Shown piece by piece: positions 52,561 through 64,000 of a DNA stretch of 64,000 nucleotides (its first letter is position 1; every line of letters starts with the position of its first letter). The notes below the pieces were generated by a model. It did no database searches, was not told the DNA's origin, and saw only the letters and a program-made list of their open reading frames with translations. Source of the DNA: Podarcis bocagei (Eukaryota); assembly GCA_964188305.1 (NCBI GenBank), contig OZ076887.1; one strand, written 5' to 3'. Position numbers and translations under genes: made by a program.

Positions 52561-54678
52561 CTGTGTTCATGTCATGTTTACCCCCAGTCTGCAAACCAGG
52601 CTGAAAATTTTAAAAAGGTCTTTAACTTTTCTTTTCTTTTTACCCCAGTGGAATGAGGCATGGAAACCACTCTCTGCCCTCCTGCAGTAATTGTTTCTTT
52701 CCTAAGCCAGGGTGAGAAGCCTCAGTCTACCCCTAATAAGGAGCCAAGCCTCAGCCTTGTGCTAAACATAAAGGTTTATCCTTGCCAAAGAGAAAAAACA
52801 CCCCAAATGTGGTTCCACTAACATTTTCATTGCAGCTTGATCCTTTTTTTATGAACACAGTGAGGAAAAGATCTGCTTTTGTGAGAGAGCCTTCTAGAAA
52901 AGTTTTTTTAAAAAAGAAACCCACAAAAAAACCCTAATCAGTGAACAAAAATATCAGATCCCACTATTGGCTTCTCAGCTAAGTTCCTATTTTGAGACAG
53001 AGAGACTTTTTAATAATAAAAAACCACTCTCTGAGGAAAACAAAAATCAACTTAGATTGACACTGATGAAATATTTTATCACAATGTAGGTTGTTAGTTA
53101 ACTTATATTCAGTCAGACCAATGGTTGGTCTAGCTCAGTACTGCCCTTCCTGACTGGGTGCAGCTCTCCAAGATTTCAGACAGCAGATTTTCCCCTGTTA
53201 GCACTCCTCTCCAAGGTGCTACAGCAACTCTCCATTGTGGCTATGCAGATGAACCGTCTCCCAAGCACCTGGGTGCAAACACATGTGACTTCTTACCCAC
53301 TCAGCTTGAGAGTATCCATGATATATAAATAAAGCCACTGCGCTGTGACAAGAAAAGCGAGTCGTCTCAAGACGCGCACACTTTACATTACAAAGGCGCC
53401 TCCAAATTTGTCCATTTAAACATAAATAAAATTGGTTTAGTAAAATGTTAAACCACTTAGTCGGAGCAACTCTAAGCATGGTACACAATAGAATATAAAA
53501 TAGTACTACACGTGAAAATCAGAAAAAGTTTTCAACAAGTATTTGAAAATAATGAACATTTTTACTGACTGCTCTGATAGGTAACCCACTGTGATGCTAT
53601 TCCCCCTCCCCCCCAATAATAATTTATTATTTATACCCCACCCATCTGGCTGGGTTCCCTCAGCCACTCCCAAAGCTACCCCCCAAAAAAAGAATTGGCC
53701 CTTGCAATCTGGCTATCCCTACTTTTTTATACTTTGGTGACCCCCACTTTCTCACTTTGGCCATGCCTACTTTTACACTTCAGACACATCCACTATTATA
53801 CTTCATCTCTGGAGGGATAATCATGAGTCAACGTGACCCTCAACCCCCAAAAATGTTAGCTACCCCTGCTTTACAAGCTTGCTTCAGTTTGAGATTGAGG
53901 TGGAATTTCATTTAATGCAAGCCATTTTGTTCCTTTCTAGCCTTTATGTAAATATTGGTAAGGTTGAGTTCTTTGCTTCTAATATATCCGACATAAAACA
54001 TTCCCTGGTGGTGCATTTTTTCACATTTCCCATGCAATCCTATGCATGTCTACTCAGAAGTCTTCCCACTGAATTCAACAGGACTTACTTCCAAGTAAAT
54101 ATACAGAAGTTTGCAGCCCTTTAAAGATTAATAGGCTACTGTTATCAGCTGTTTGAGGCTATTTTTTGAAAGAACCAATCCAGCTTCTACATAGACCCTG
54201 AATTTCAAAGACATTTAATTTTATCTGAAGAGTGTGCCTGATTCTATCCCTTCCGTACAGCAGACTGGGAACTCAGCCAAGAAGCATGAGCTATCCTGCA
54301 CTTTCTGAACTGTATGTTATGAATGCAAGAGAGCTTGCAGAGAAACCCATAAACAGAGTTGTTCCAGCATTTCTTAGTATATGCAGAACCTTTTCCTGTC
54401 CAGGAGAAACAAATGTTGTTCAGAATGGAAAATCAGACTAAACATAGACATGACAGCATGCCAGATCAGCCAGTTTACTGAGCAATCAGGTCAGGTGTGA
54501 GTAATTCTGGAAATGCGTTATATATTGCATAGAGATGTCCTTCTGTCATTCTTTCTTATGTGGCACTTGATAGTCATGTGCCTGTTAAATGGACAGTGAA
54601 ACAGAGCCACTCAAAGGCAGTGGTTTCCAAATACTTAGAAAAGTATGCCAAAAAAATTAGTTCTTTTTACTTTTTAAG

Positions 54679-54887
54679 ATAAAAAAATTCCTTCCAGTAG
54701 CACCTTAAAGACCAACTAAGTTAGTTCTTGGTATGAGCTTTCGTGTGCATGCACACTTCTTCAGATAACAAGAAGTGTGCATGCACACGAAAGCTCATAC
54801 CAAGAACTAACTTAGTTGGTCTTTAAGGTGCTACTGGAAGGAATTTTTTTATTTTGACTATGGCAGACCAACACGGCTACCTATCTA
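54679..54887. mobile_element. Young Penelope-like retroelement terminus with inverted pseudo-LTR and 12-bp TSD
   Basis: Perfect 83-bp arms at 54679-54761 and 54770-54852 with an 8-nt loop; tail gcagaccaacacggctacc; TSD TTACTTTTTAAG at 54667-54678 and 54888-54899. Confidence 0.85.
54731..54767 (-). ncRNA. Minimal hammerhead-ribozyme-like motif
   Basis: Minus strand reads UAU-CUGAAGA-A-GUGUGC-AU-GCACAC-GAAA-GC-UC-AUAC: both catalytic boxes, a perfect helix II and a self-complementary AGCU in place of helix III. Confidence 0.6.
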
Positions 54888-55029
54888 TTACTTTTTAAGG
54901 TAAGGGGAGGAACCAAACCAGTCAATGAGGGCTGAGTATGCTCACTATGCTTCAGGGAACACATTATGATGAGCCTTAGTCAGTATGATGAAAGGGAGGA
55001 AGAAAAAGAGGGTATGGAAATTTGACTTT

Positions 55030-55203
55030 GATTGAACCAGGAACTGGAAATCCACTCCAGTATTTTGCCAAGAAAACTCCATGGACATAAAAAAGAAGAA
55101 GCTTTGAAAAAAAAGTGAGAGTTTCCAAGGCATGCTCTGGTTCATGGGGTCACGGGGAGTCAAACACGACTAAGACGACTAAACAACAACAACAACAACA
55201 ACA
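55030..55203 (+). mobile_element. BovB/RTE-related 3' fragment
   Basis: atccactccagtattttgccaagaaaactccatggac ... catggggtcacggggagtcaaacacgact ... (CAA)n tail. Confidence 0.75.
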
Positions 55204-58200
55204 CCTTGGTGTCCTCCAGATGCTGTTGGACTACAATTCCCATCAACCCCAGCTAGCATGACCAACAGCCAGGGGTGATGGGAGCTGTAGTCCTAATCAG
55301 CAGCAGGGCACCAGCTTGGGGAAATCTGACTTTTGGTATCATGTGGGCCGGTGGATGAGGGTCAGGGAATGTGAGAGTCAGGAACTGTTGCCAAGGAAGT
55401 ATTAAACTCCTCTTAGAACTCTCTGCTTTATGTTTCTTGATTTCACCTGGCAGAAGGATGCCAGTTCACCTCTCCACCCCTCACAATTAATCAAAAGCAA
55501 GACATGATGTGCTTGCTCTTGACTGACTGTCAGCTCTAGTGGAATGGTGTCCCAATGCATAACTGACAAATTACCATTGGACTTGCTTGTTTGGCTTTAA
55601 AAACAGATTTAGTCAATTTAGTGATGATGGAGCTATTAGACTGAATGGAACCTCTATGTTCCCTCCACTCCTTGCGATCTTTTAGAGGGATTTGACTGGC
55701 TGCCATGTAGAATGCTAGAGTAGAAGGAATTTGGGTCCCACTTGGAAGCTATTTGTAATTACTTATTATTGAACACCAAGTAGTCACCTTTATTGCCATA
55801 AATGTTACTCTACAACCTTTAAGGAAGGCATTATTTGTCTCTTACATGGTTCTAAGGCAGAATGGTAAAGTGAGCTCCAGAACCAGGTTTTTGGTGTAAT
55901 TCAGTACCTTTTCCATTAAACCAAGCTGTGTGAAACTAAAATGCCAGCTGTCTGTAAAATAGGCTCTACATTTCTTCTTGTATTTGAATTTATGCTCTCT
56001 CCCGAAGGCTTGAAGATGAGCAATGATTTTTAATTAAAATGTAATTTAAATCCAATTAGACTTATATAATATAAAGCCCAGTAAAGTCCACAAGTCTCCA
56101 CCAGCTTACCCAGCCTGCCTCCACCCAGAGAGTCAGTTCTAGTAGAAAGGCCTATGCGTCAAAGGCCAACAAAATAGCTACTTTGTAGAAACTACTTTAA
56201 ATTGCTGCTCTTGGTGCCAGTCTGTACACAGTGAACCATTGATGTTTGTAGTGTGATGTGGGGGTACTCCTCCTGCCAAACTATGTCACTGCAAACCCTC
56301 TGATCCATCTGATGATCTGCATGTGACTCTTTGTGCCATTTGAAGGCCAACACCACAGGAAGCAGAAGCTGCTTCTGTGTGGTGGCAGTTTCGGGGCCTT
56401 GAGACCATTCTGAGAAACTGCTCACCAGGCAAGGATTGCTGGAGATTGTACTATAACCATTGCAAATACTTATCTGTGCATATTTATTACAGATTTCATT
56501 CTGCATATGTTGAGAACTGCTGAGGCAACCTTCGGAGGGGTGCCTAATGGACAGAAGAGTTGTTCTGGCAGTGACTAAGAACAGATAAACTGAGATAAGA
56601 AATGCTTTGGAAGGGCACATTTTTAACATGGAAAGTTGTTGCTCTTGTTGCTGTTGTTATTGCTGTGGTGGCTACCACCACAATTATTTCTACTCCATCT
56701 TTTAGGATCCAAATCCTTCCAAGGCAGCATACAGGTAACATTAAAATACACTTTAACAACAAAAACAACATATCCAAAGTCATCAGGATCCTTCCATCAG
56801 GATAGCTGGCAGTATAGCTCTGGCTGCGGACAGGACAGTCCCAGTGTAAAAAGAGTAGGCTTTGTGGTCTTTTTCAGCTTCCCTCAAGGACGGGGAGCCT
56901 GTGGCCACCGAGATGTTGCTGGACTACAACTCTCATCATCCCTGACTGTTTGCCATGTTGACTGGGGCTGATGGGAGTTGAATTCCAACAACACCTGGAG
57001 GGCCACACCCTTCCTATAAAAGGTAAACATGACTATAATAGTACTTGTATTGAGAGATACTTTGCTATATGAGTAAAGGTTTTCTTTACAGAAATAACAC
57101 TGGCCTTCTGTGGGAATGAATCCCTCGGTGTGCACACAATGCAATGTGGATTTGCTGAATTCTGGTAAAATTGAGACAGCTCTCTCTACACCTTTACAGT
57201 CTGTTGTGAGGATGTAAGAGAGACAACAGTGAAGCTGGAAATTGAAGTCCCTTTTATGCTACATTATTTTCTTCTCAAAAAAGCAGTATATATGAGACAT
57301 GCTGGTACTTGTATATTGATAGAAATGCCAATGTCAATGGCTGCCATGGGCAGCAACAGTGGATACTGTCACAAAAAGGCCAAACACATATCATACACAA
57401 CGCACATGCATATATTCTGCATAATTACTCTTACTTCCTTTGTTTACATCTTATGCTAAATGCAACATAATTATCCACTTGAAAAGCTGCCAGTATTTGC
57501 ATCCTGCACGCGTGTTAATATTCATTTCAGTTTGGTTAATTGTCTTGTGTTTGGACTGGTTACAGAGGCAGACGATATTTGGCCTGAGAATATTCTGTGT
57601 CTGAAAGATTCATTATCTATTCACTGTGTGTTTTCTTGCATCTTGTCACAAGGCATTATGTTATTTCATGCCAGGGGCTTGACAGGAATGCTAACTTCTA
57701 CAGTGCCACGTTGGAATTTGGAACTTTATTTTTCCTTTTTGGACTCGTATATCTTTGGCACAGTAGATCTTCTGGCAGGTTTTCTGACAAATACTTTGAT
57801 AGGGCTTTTGATGGAATGAATATGTTGGCCTGTGTAAACAACATTCAAGTTTTAAGTGAGACCAAACACCCTGAGCCTGCCTCAAATTAATAAAAATAAA
57901 CAAGCCACATTGATGCTGAAGTGCTGATGAAATGGATGAGTGGGTTCTTATGGTACAAAAATTGTGGTACAAAAACCTATAAGGCCAGTTCTTCCTGCTC
58001 TATAGTAGGAAGTCCCAGGCTGTGTGAGGGGAGCCTGCAATTCAGCTCCTCCACATGCCAGCCCTGACCTGCTTTTCAGAGGACAGATGCTGGTGTGAGA
58101 AACCAACTACAGTACAGGCTTCTCCCCTGTGGCCTGGAGCATCTCACATTACCTTGGTGTGCAACCAAGGAGAAATGCTACGGTGAATCCCACATGACCA

Positions 58201-59780
58201 CTGCAGCCTTAATAATTTTGGGAGTAGGGTGTCAAAAACTGGGTTTTTTGGGGGGGGTTCTCTTCAGACTGCCTTGGATAAAATATTCCACAGTATTCTT
58301 GGAGGAAAGGGAAAGCCTCACTGGCAGCTGCTATTTTGTGTGTGTGTGGTATCATTTCCCTCCAGAATGCTCTGGAATGAATGCTATGTTTGGCCTATTC
58401 TGAGGAGAAAGATGGAGGCTGCTAGCCACTGAGAGGAACTCTTATATCATCAGGACGAGATTGCCCCTAAATTTCCCCTGAAAACGTACAGAAATAGAAT
58501 GGGGCTTTTCAGCTTGGCGTTAATTTTTTATATGCTTCCTTCTCCCCTAATAAGACTGAGGAACTTCCCAGAGCTGTGCCCTGCAGATTGGCACAGTGAT
58601 TACACAGAGCCTTAAAGTCAGCATCTAGAAGCTTTTGCACAGCTCTGACTGTGCTGAGATGCAATTAGTGTTCATGTCTTGGCAAAAACCAGAGAAACAC
58701 TTTAGATTTCTGTCCTGTTTGACAAAAGAGTCTTACTGAATGACACAGAAATTTTTGTTGAGCTCCAGGCTGAGCTTCAGGTTGCAGTCCTAGCTCCACT
58801 TACCTGAGAGTAGGCCCCACTGAACTTAGTGGTACTTACTTCTGAGCAGGTGTGTATAGAATTGCAAACAGACTTTAGCCCCGGCATTTTCTGGCTCAGC
58901 AGCAACAAAGGTGTAGTTTAAAACTACAGCTATTTCAGCTCATGCAAGTAATAAAGGGTTAAAATTACCGTGCTAAACAGATGAGCTAGTTGTCTTTAAA
59001 ATTAAATGCCCTTAAATTGAAATATTTGTCTTTAGCGAACAGAAAAAAGTATTAGCTCATACTAATGGCTTGCCCTAGACCTAAGCTGAAATTTGCACAG
59101 AATTTTTTTCATGGCTAACATAATTAACCAATAAATTTAAAACTAAGAAAAAACAGATATTCATCTTTCACAGAATTTAGAGTGCTACAATCAACTGAGG
59201 GCACATTTAGTCTAGCTAAAAGGCACTGCATATATTCCACGACTAAGAAAATGTTTGTCTAGGTCTCTTTAATGATTTTTTCCTGAGCTTAACAGCAGAA
59301 GGGGGGCAATTTTCATCGGAATTCTGGGAGAGGGAATGGGTGAAGGTTAAAACTCTGCCTGCCCCTGCTTGGCTGACTGGGATATAATTAAGAATTTGGT
59401 TATCCTGGGCTGGTTGGGTGTCTTGCTTAGTTGTCTTCACTCAGCACATGACTGACAATGCCATTCAGAAAAAGCGTTGGACAAAGTGAGCAGGCAGACA
59501 CTCCCCACAAACTCCAGCAGGCTTTGCATGTGCACCTGCATGTGACACATGCTGGTGCCATCACTACTGTAATACTGCATTTGCTTGAGCAAATAGGTGC
59601 CAGGCAGAGCAACAAGCAAGTGGTGGTGAAATGTTGGAGAATGGAACTGTGGATGAAACATGGCTTCTCTTGTACCCCTTAAACTTGCTTGTTGTAGTGG
59701 AGGACATTGTCCCATCGACTGAGTTTTGACTGCCATTCTGATTGGATTGTGTATGGGTAAAGGGGTGGAGAATCTGAATG

Positions 59781-59968
59781 AGAAAGGGCAAAGGCCAATG
59801 GTAGAGCATCTGCTTTGTATGCAGGAGATCTCAGGGTTCAGTCCCTGACATCTTGAGGTAGGGCTGGAAAAGACCTCTGCCTGTAACCCTGGGGACCTGC
59901 TGCCAGCCAGTGTCCATAGTCCTTAGCTGTATAGACAATGGTCTGACTCAGTCCAAGGCAGCTTCCTT
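59781..59968 (+). mobile_element. tRNA-derived squamate SINE (Squam3-like)
   Basis: tggtagagcatctgctttgtatgcagg...ggttcagtccctgacatc...ctgactcagtccaaggcagcttcct. Confidence 0.75.
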
Positions 59969-62900
59969 TGTTCAAATGTTCTGATGCATAGGTTGTTTCA
60001 CTCTTATATGTCAACACTTTACCTTTGTCCATGTTAACCTTCATTTTGGTCCAATGCCAACTCCAGCTGAAGAACAGCCAGGAGAAAACGTTTCTGTACT
60101 GCCAGGCATTTGAGTGATGGAGGGTTGCTTCTTGGGAGGGCTCCATTTTTATGAATGAATTATGTGGCTATCACTAGAGTAGTTGTAACTTGTTACTTGT
60201 TTTACTGATGTCATCGGAATGGAACCTTTTTTGTGCTTCAAATTGTTTAATTTCTATATGTTTCTGCATTGTGTGATATGCTTTATATTGCAAAACATTT
60301 ACGGACAACTTGCGTTAGAAATCAATGAGTTTGATAAATAGCAACTATGATGATCGTTTTTGTATTTAACTAGCATCCGATTCATTATTATGTCAAACAC
60401 TGATTGCTTCTTTCCAATCTGCACCGACTATCTCACCCCACCCCCTTTTGGACATAGGTCCCACAGATCCAGTTGAACTTATGCTATTTTCTAGTGATGT
60501 GTGTATATTAAGGCTAAAGTGTTTAAATTTTAGCCATTTGTATAGTTTAGGAGAAGCCATGTGGGAGTAGGTGAAAAGTCCTGCTGAAACGGAAGCACTC
60601 CAACTGCCTTCCCTTTGCCTCCTAACCATTTTTTTAATAAAAAAGAAAAGAAAACTAAGCTGTTCTCAACAAAGCCATGTTGATTGCTAGTAATCATGCC
60701 TTTTTTTGTCTAGATGCTGGCAAATAAGTGGCTTTATCATTTGCTGCACTATCTTTGAGGTAAAGTAATCAGATGAACTTGTCCGATAATTCCCTGCGGT
60801 CCTTGTGTAAAAAATAGGCACTATATATTTGCTTTTATTCTGTTTTCTGGAACCCTATCAGTTTTCCATTAATTTTCAAAAAGAATAGGCTTGTCAGCAT
60901 GACAGCCTGTTATCTAACCACCCCCTTAATGGTCCCCTCATATTTATTTTGTTCCCTCCCCATAGCTACCTCTCTCTTCTCTGTTATTATTTTGTATTCA
61001 TATTTATTACATCTTTAAAATGTACGTGATTTTCCCTCTTGCCACTGCATCCTCGCAATTCTGTGAGGTAGGTTAGGCTGAGAGACAAGCCCAAAGTTAG
61101 CTAGTGAGCTTTGTGGCTGAGCAGGGGACTAGAACCCTGTTCTTCCAGGTCTTAGTGAAAAACTTTCACCACCACACTGGCACTACACCACAATGGCTCT
61201 CTACACCACACTGTTTATTTGCGTTTATATTTTACGTTGATGTCATTGCAGCATGAAGCTGTATCAGTAGGAGTTTCATGGGCCTAATGGCTGCCACTGG
61301 CTTAGCTTGTCATCTCCCTGATGTGTATGTTTGCAGGAGATACAGGTAGGTAGTTTGCCTTGAACCACGTTGCTGAGTGCAATTTCAGGCCTTAGAAGCT
61401 GAATTTCGATTTCTCTGGGCAGCCCATGAGGAATTAATCCTTCTCCATGTGGCAGCTTTTGGACAATATATTGAGGGTGCAAATTGGTTGACTGATCTCC
61501 AGACAAAGCTTTTTTTAAAAAAAACCACAAAGTTGACTGATGGACCTGGTTGCACATAAGGCGGTGTGATAGTTTTGAGATTTGCCAAGTGAACTCATTA
61601 CCCATCCTTAGGAAAATGTTATTGGAGCTCCATTGACTTAAATTTGTTCAAATTGTTCAAGTATTTTCTGGAATTCTTCTTTGTCACCCTTGGTCCCTTT
61701 TCTTGCCTTGGTTATGTCAGCGCTGATTGATGTCTCATCCCTGCTTCCTTTCTTTGTAAATACTGAAATGAAGTCAATATTGATTTCTTCATTTGCAAAG
61801 GTTACTTGCCGTTGCTTGCTCTACAGGCCCTTTGTAGAATGTTCTACCTGCAATCTGCCTCAACACACTGCCGTCTTGGTTGTCTCTGCTAACCTGAAGG
61901 ACTGGGGTAGAAGGTTTAAGCTTCTGCTTGCAGCAGGGGGAGAAAGTGTGTGAATTTTTGGGTCCTTTCCAACCTGACAATTAGAGTACCGCCTACTCCT
62001 AAAGCAACATTTCCCAATTTTCAGAAATAATGGCCAAATTACTGATCCTTGAGCTAACGATATTGGACATGTCTCTTGTTCCCAAGGAATAATACCTGTT
62101 CAGAAATTCAGGGTAGCAGCCTCTTTAAGGTAACTGCATTAATGACTCATGTGATTGACAGCACTAATGGGCTCCTGAAATTAAAACTTCATTCATATGT
62201 TACAGTTTAGTGGTTATGCTACAAAGAAGGATTAAAATCTGTATTAACATTTCATTTTTTTAAAAAAAACCTGCTACAGTTTTATTACTGTAAGAAGCTA
62301 GTCTGGAGTGTGTATTTTTAGAATTATCCTCATTAATACCAAATTATGATGGTTGAGCAATGGGTATGGGGCCACTACCTGTTCTCTGTATGCAAATTCA
62401 TATTAAAACTATGGTTTCATTTCTTTTTCTAATCTAATTTAGGTTGTATGATCAAGACAATGGACTTTTGTGATTATGTTCATCTGCAAAAGTGACAGGT
62501 AGCATGTACTCTGATGGCACAAAGGAATTAACATGTATGGTATTTAATATTAAAATAATCACTAATTGGTTAGGATTACTGTGGGATTACTGTGATTGCA
62601 GTGCATTCAGCAACAGAAGATTCAGTCCTAGACACTACTATTAATTTAATCTACTTCATATGCAGGAGATACTAATTTCGTCAGACTGGCACATCCAATA
62701 CAAGTATGCTGAGAGAGCAACACATTCATTTAATAAAATGGAATTATTTTAGTAATTGTTATTCCCATTACTCTGGTCTTCCTGTTTTTTGGAAATAGGG
62801 AGCACAATTTCATGGCATACTGTCTTCTGTGTTGCATCCATCGCCTGTGTTTCCTGGTTGCTGCTTACAAACTCCTGGGAGAGTGTGATGACTGCCGAAT

Positions 62901-63282
62901 TAGATGAGACTAGGGATGTTGGAGAATTCTGCAGGAAATGAGATCTGAAACTGCCGATGTTTGCTTATATCTGGAACAGAAATCAATCCAGCAAATATGA
63001 TTGATATTCGTTCTTGTTGTTTTTAGTCTGTTGATAGTACTTAACATCATCATCATCATCATCAATGTGTTAAATTTATATCCTGCACTTCCTCTGAAAA
63101 TAAAAAAACAATTAGATCATCTAAAAGCAAATTCAGTGCAGCTATAGACTAGGACAGATTTCTACTTAAAAGGCTTGTTGAAAGAGGAAGGTCTTCAGTA
63201 GGTATCTAAAAGACAACAGAGATGGCACATGTATGTTATTGCCTCATCCCTGTTTGTAATGTTTCCCTTGCATAGAAGGGAA

Positions 63283-63448
63283 CTTGTTGTTGTTGTTTAG
63301 TTGTTTAGTCATGTCCAACTCTTCGTGACCCCATGGACCAGAGCATGCCAGGCACTCCAGTCTTCCTCTGCCTCCCGCAGTTTGGTCAAACTCATGCTGG
63401 TAGCTTTGAGAACACTGTCCAGCCATCTCGTCCTCTGTTGTCCTCTTA
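63283..63448 (-). mobile_element. RTE-BovB LINE 3' end
   Basis: Minus strand encodes RGQQRTRWLDSVLKATSMSLTKLREAEEDWSAWHALVHGVTKSW followed by a (CAA)n tail. Confidence 0.85.
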
Positions 63449-64000
63449 TCCTTAATGATGATCAGATGAATTACACAATTAATTACGTCAAATTTCACCA
63501 TAACTGAAAGTAAGACGAATAATGTTGTTTTGCAGCAAAACTGAAACAAGTGCTGCATGCGATGAATATGAGGTGGGATGGAGATGCCTTTTTACATCTG
63601 TAGTTGAAACCTTATACTCTGTTGTGGCCTAAAGGGCAGTGAGGGGGGAAATGGGGGTTTTAATTACTCCATTTCAAGTCTAGCAACTCCTGCACAAGCA
63701 GCACCCAGTCCTCCTAACTCTGTCCAATTTTATGCCTTGCACTGGTAGGGTTTTTCTGGCAGTACCTAGGCTGGTTTAGCTTGACTTTTGCCAGTACCAT
63801 GGGCCTTAAGAGTGACCCTGTCCCTCCCAGTCAGCATAATTTGGGAATAGGATCAGCCTGTTAATTTCTGTTTAAACATTTATTGCATTTATGGGCCTTC
63901 TCCACCATTTTGCTCGTTTGTGAGAGAGAAATAACATACCCACTTCAATGAATCACAGCCGCTGAGGTACCTGCGGTGAGGTTTAACAAATTGTTTGTGA

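Overview
Vertebrate (squamate reptile) genomic DNA. The lizard, probably lacertid, assignment is inferred from the repeat content: Sauria SINEs, BovB/RTE, CR1, Penelope-like remnants. Two genes lie head-to-head. On the minus strand is the 5' part of SHPRH (SNF2/H15/PHD/RING helicase-ligase). It has a CpG-island promoter and a probable non-coding exon 1 at about 13.9-14.4 kb, then eight phase-consistent coding exons (10559 down to 136); the gene runs off the window start. On the plus strand is the 5' part of GRM1 (mGlu1). It has a CpG-rich promoter/5'UTR region at about 27.7-28.8 kb with an RE1/NRSE and an RFX X-box, a 700-nt first coding segment (29702-30401), and then more than 33 kb of intron. 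The rest is transposon-rich non-coding DNA. Notable items are a perfect 83-bp-arm Penelope-type hairpin with a 12-bp TSD carrying a minimal hammerhead-ribozyme core, a 433-bp solo LTR with a 5-bp TSD nested in a CR1, a GC-AG intron ending in a NAGNAG acceptor in SHPRH, uORFs in both leaders, and an apparently internally inverted L1 remnant. I found no convincing novel protein-coding system; most short ORFs in the track are noise. Repeat family names come from recalled consensus sequences, not database searches, and repeat boundaries without TSDs are approximate.
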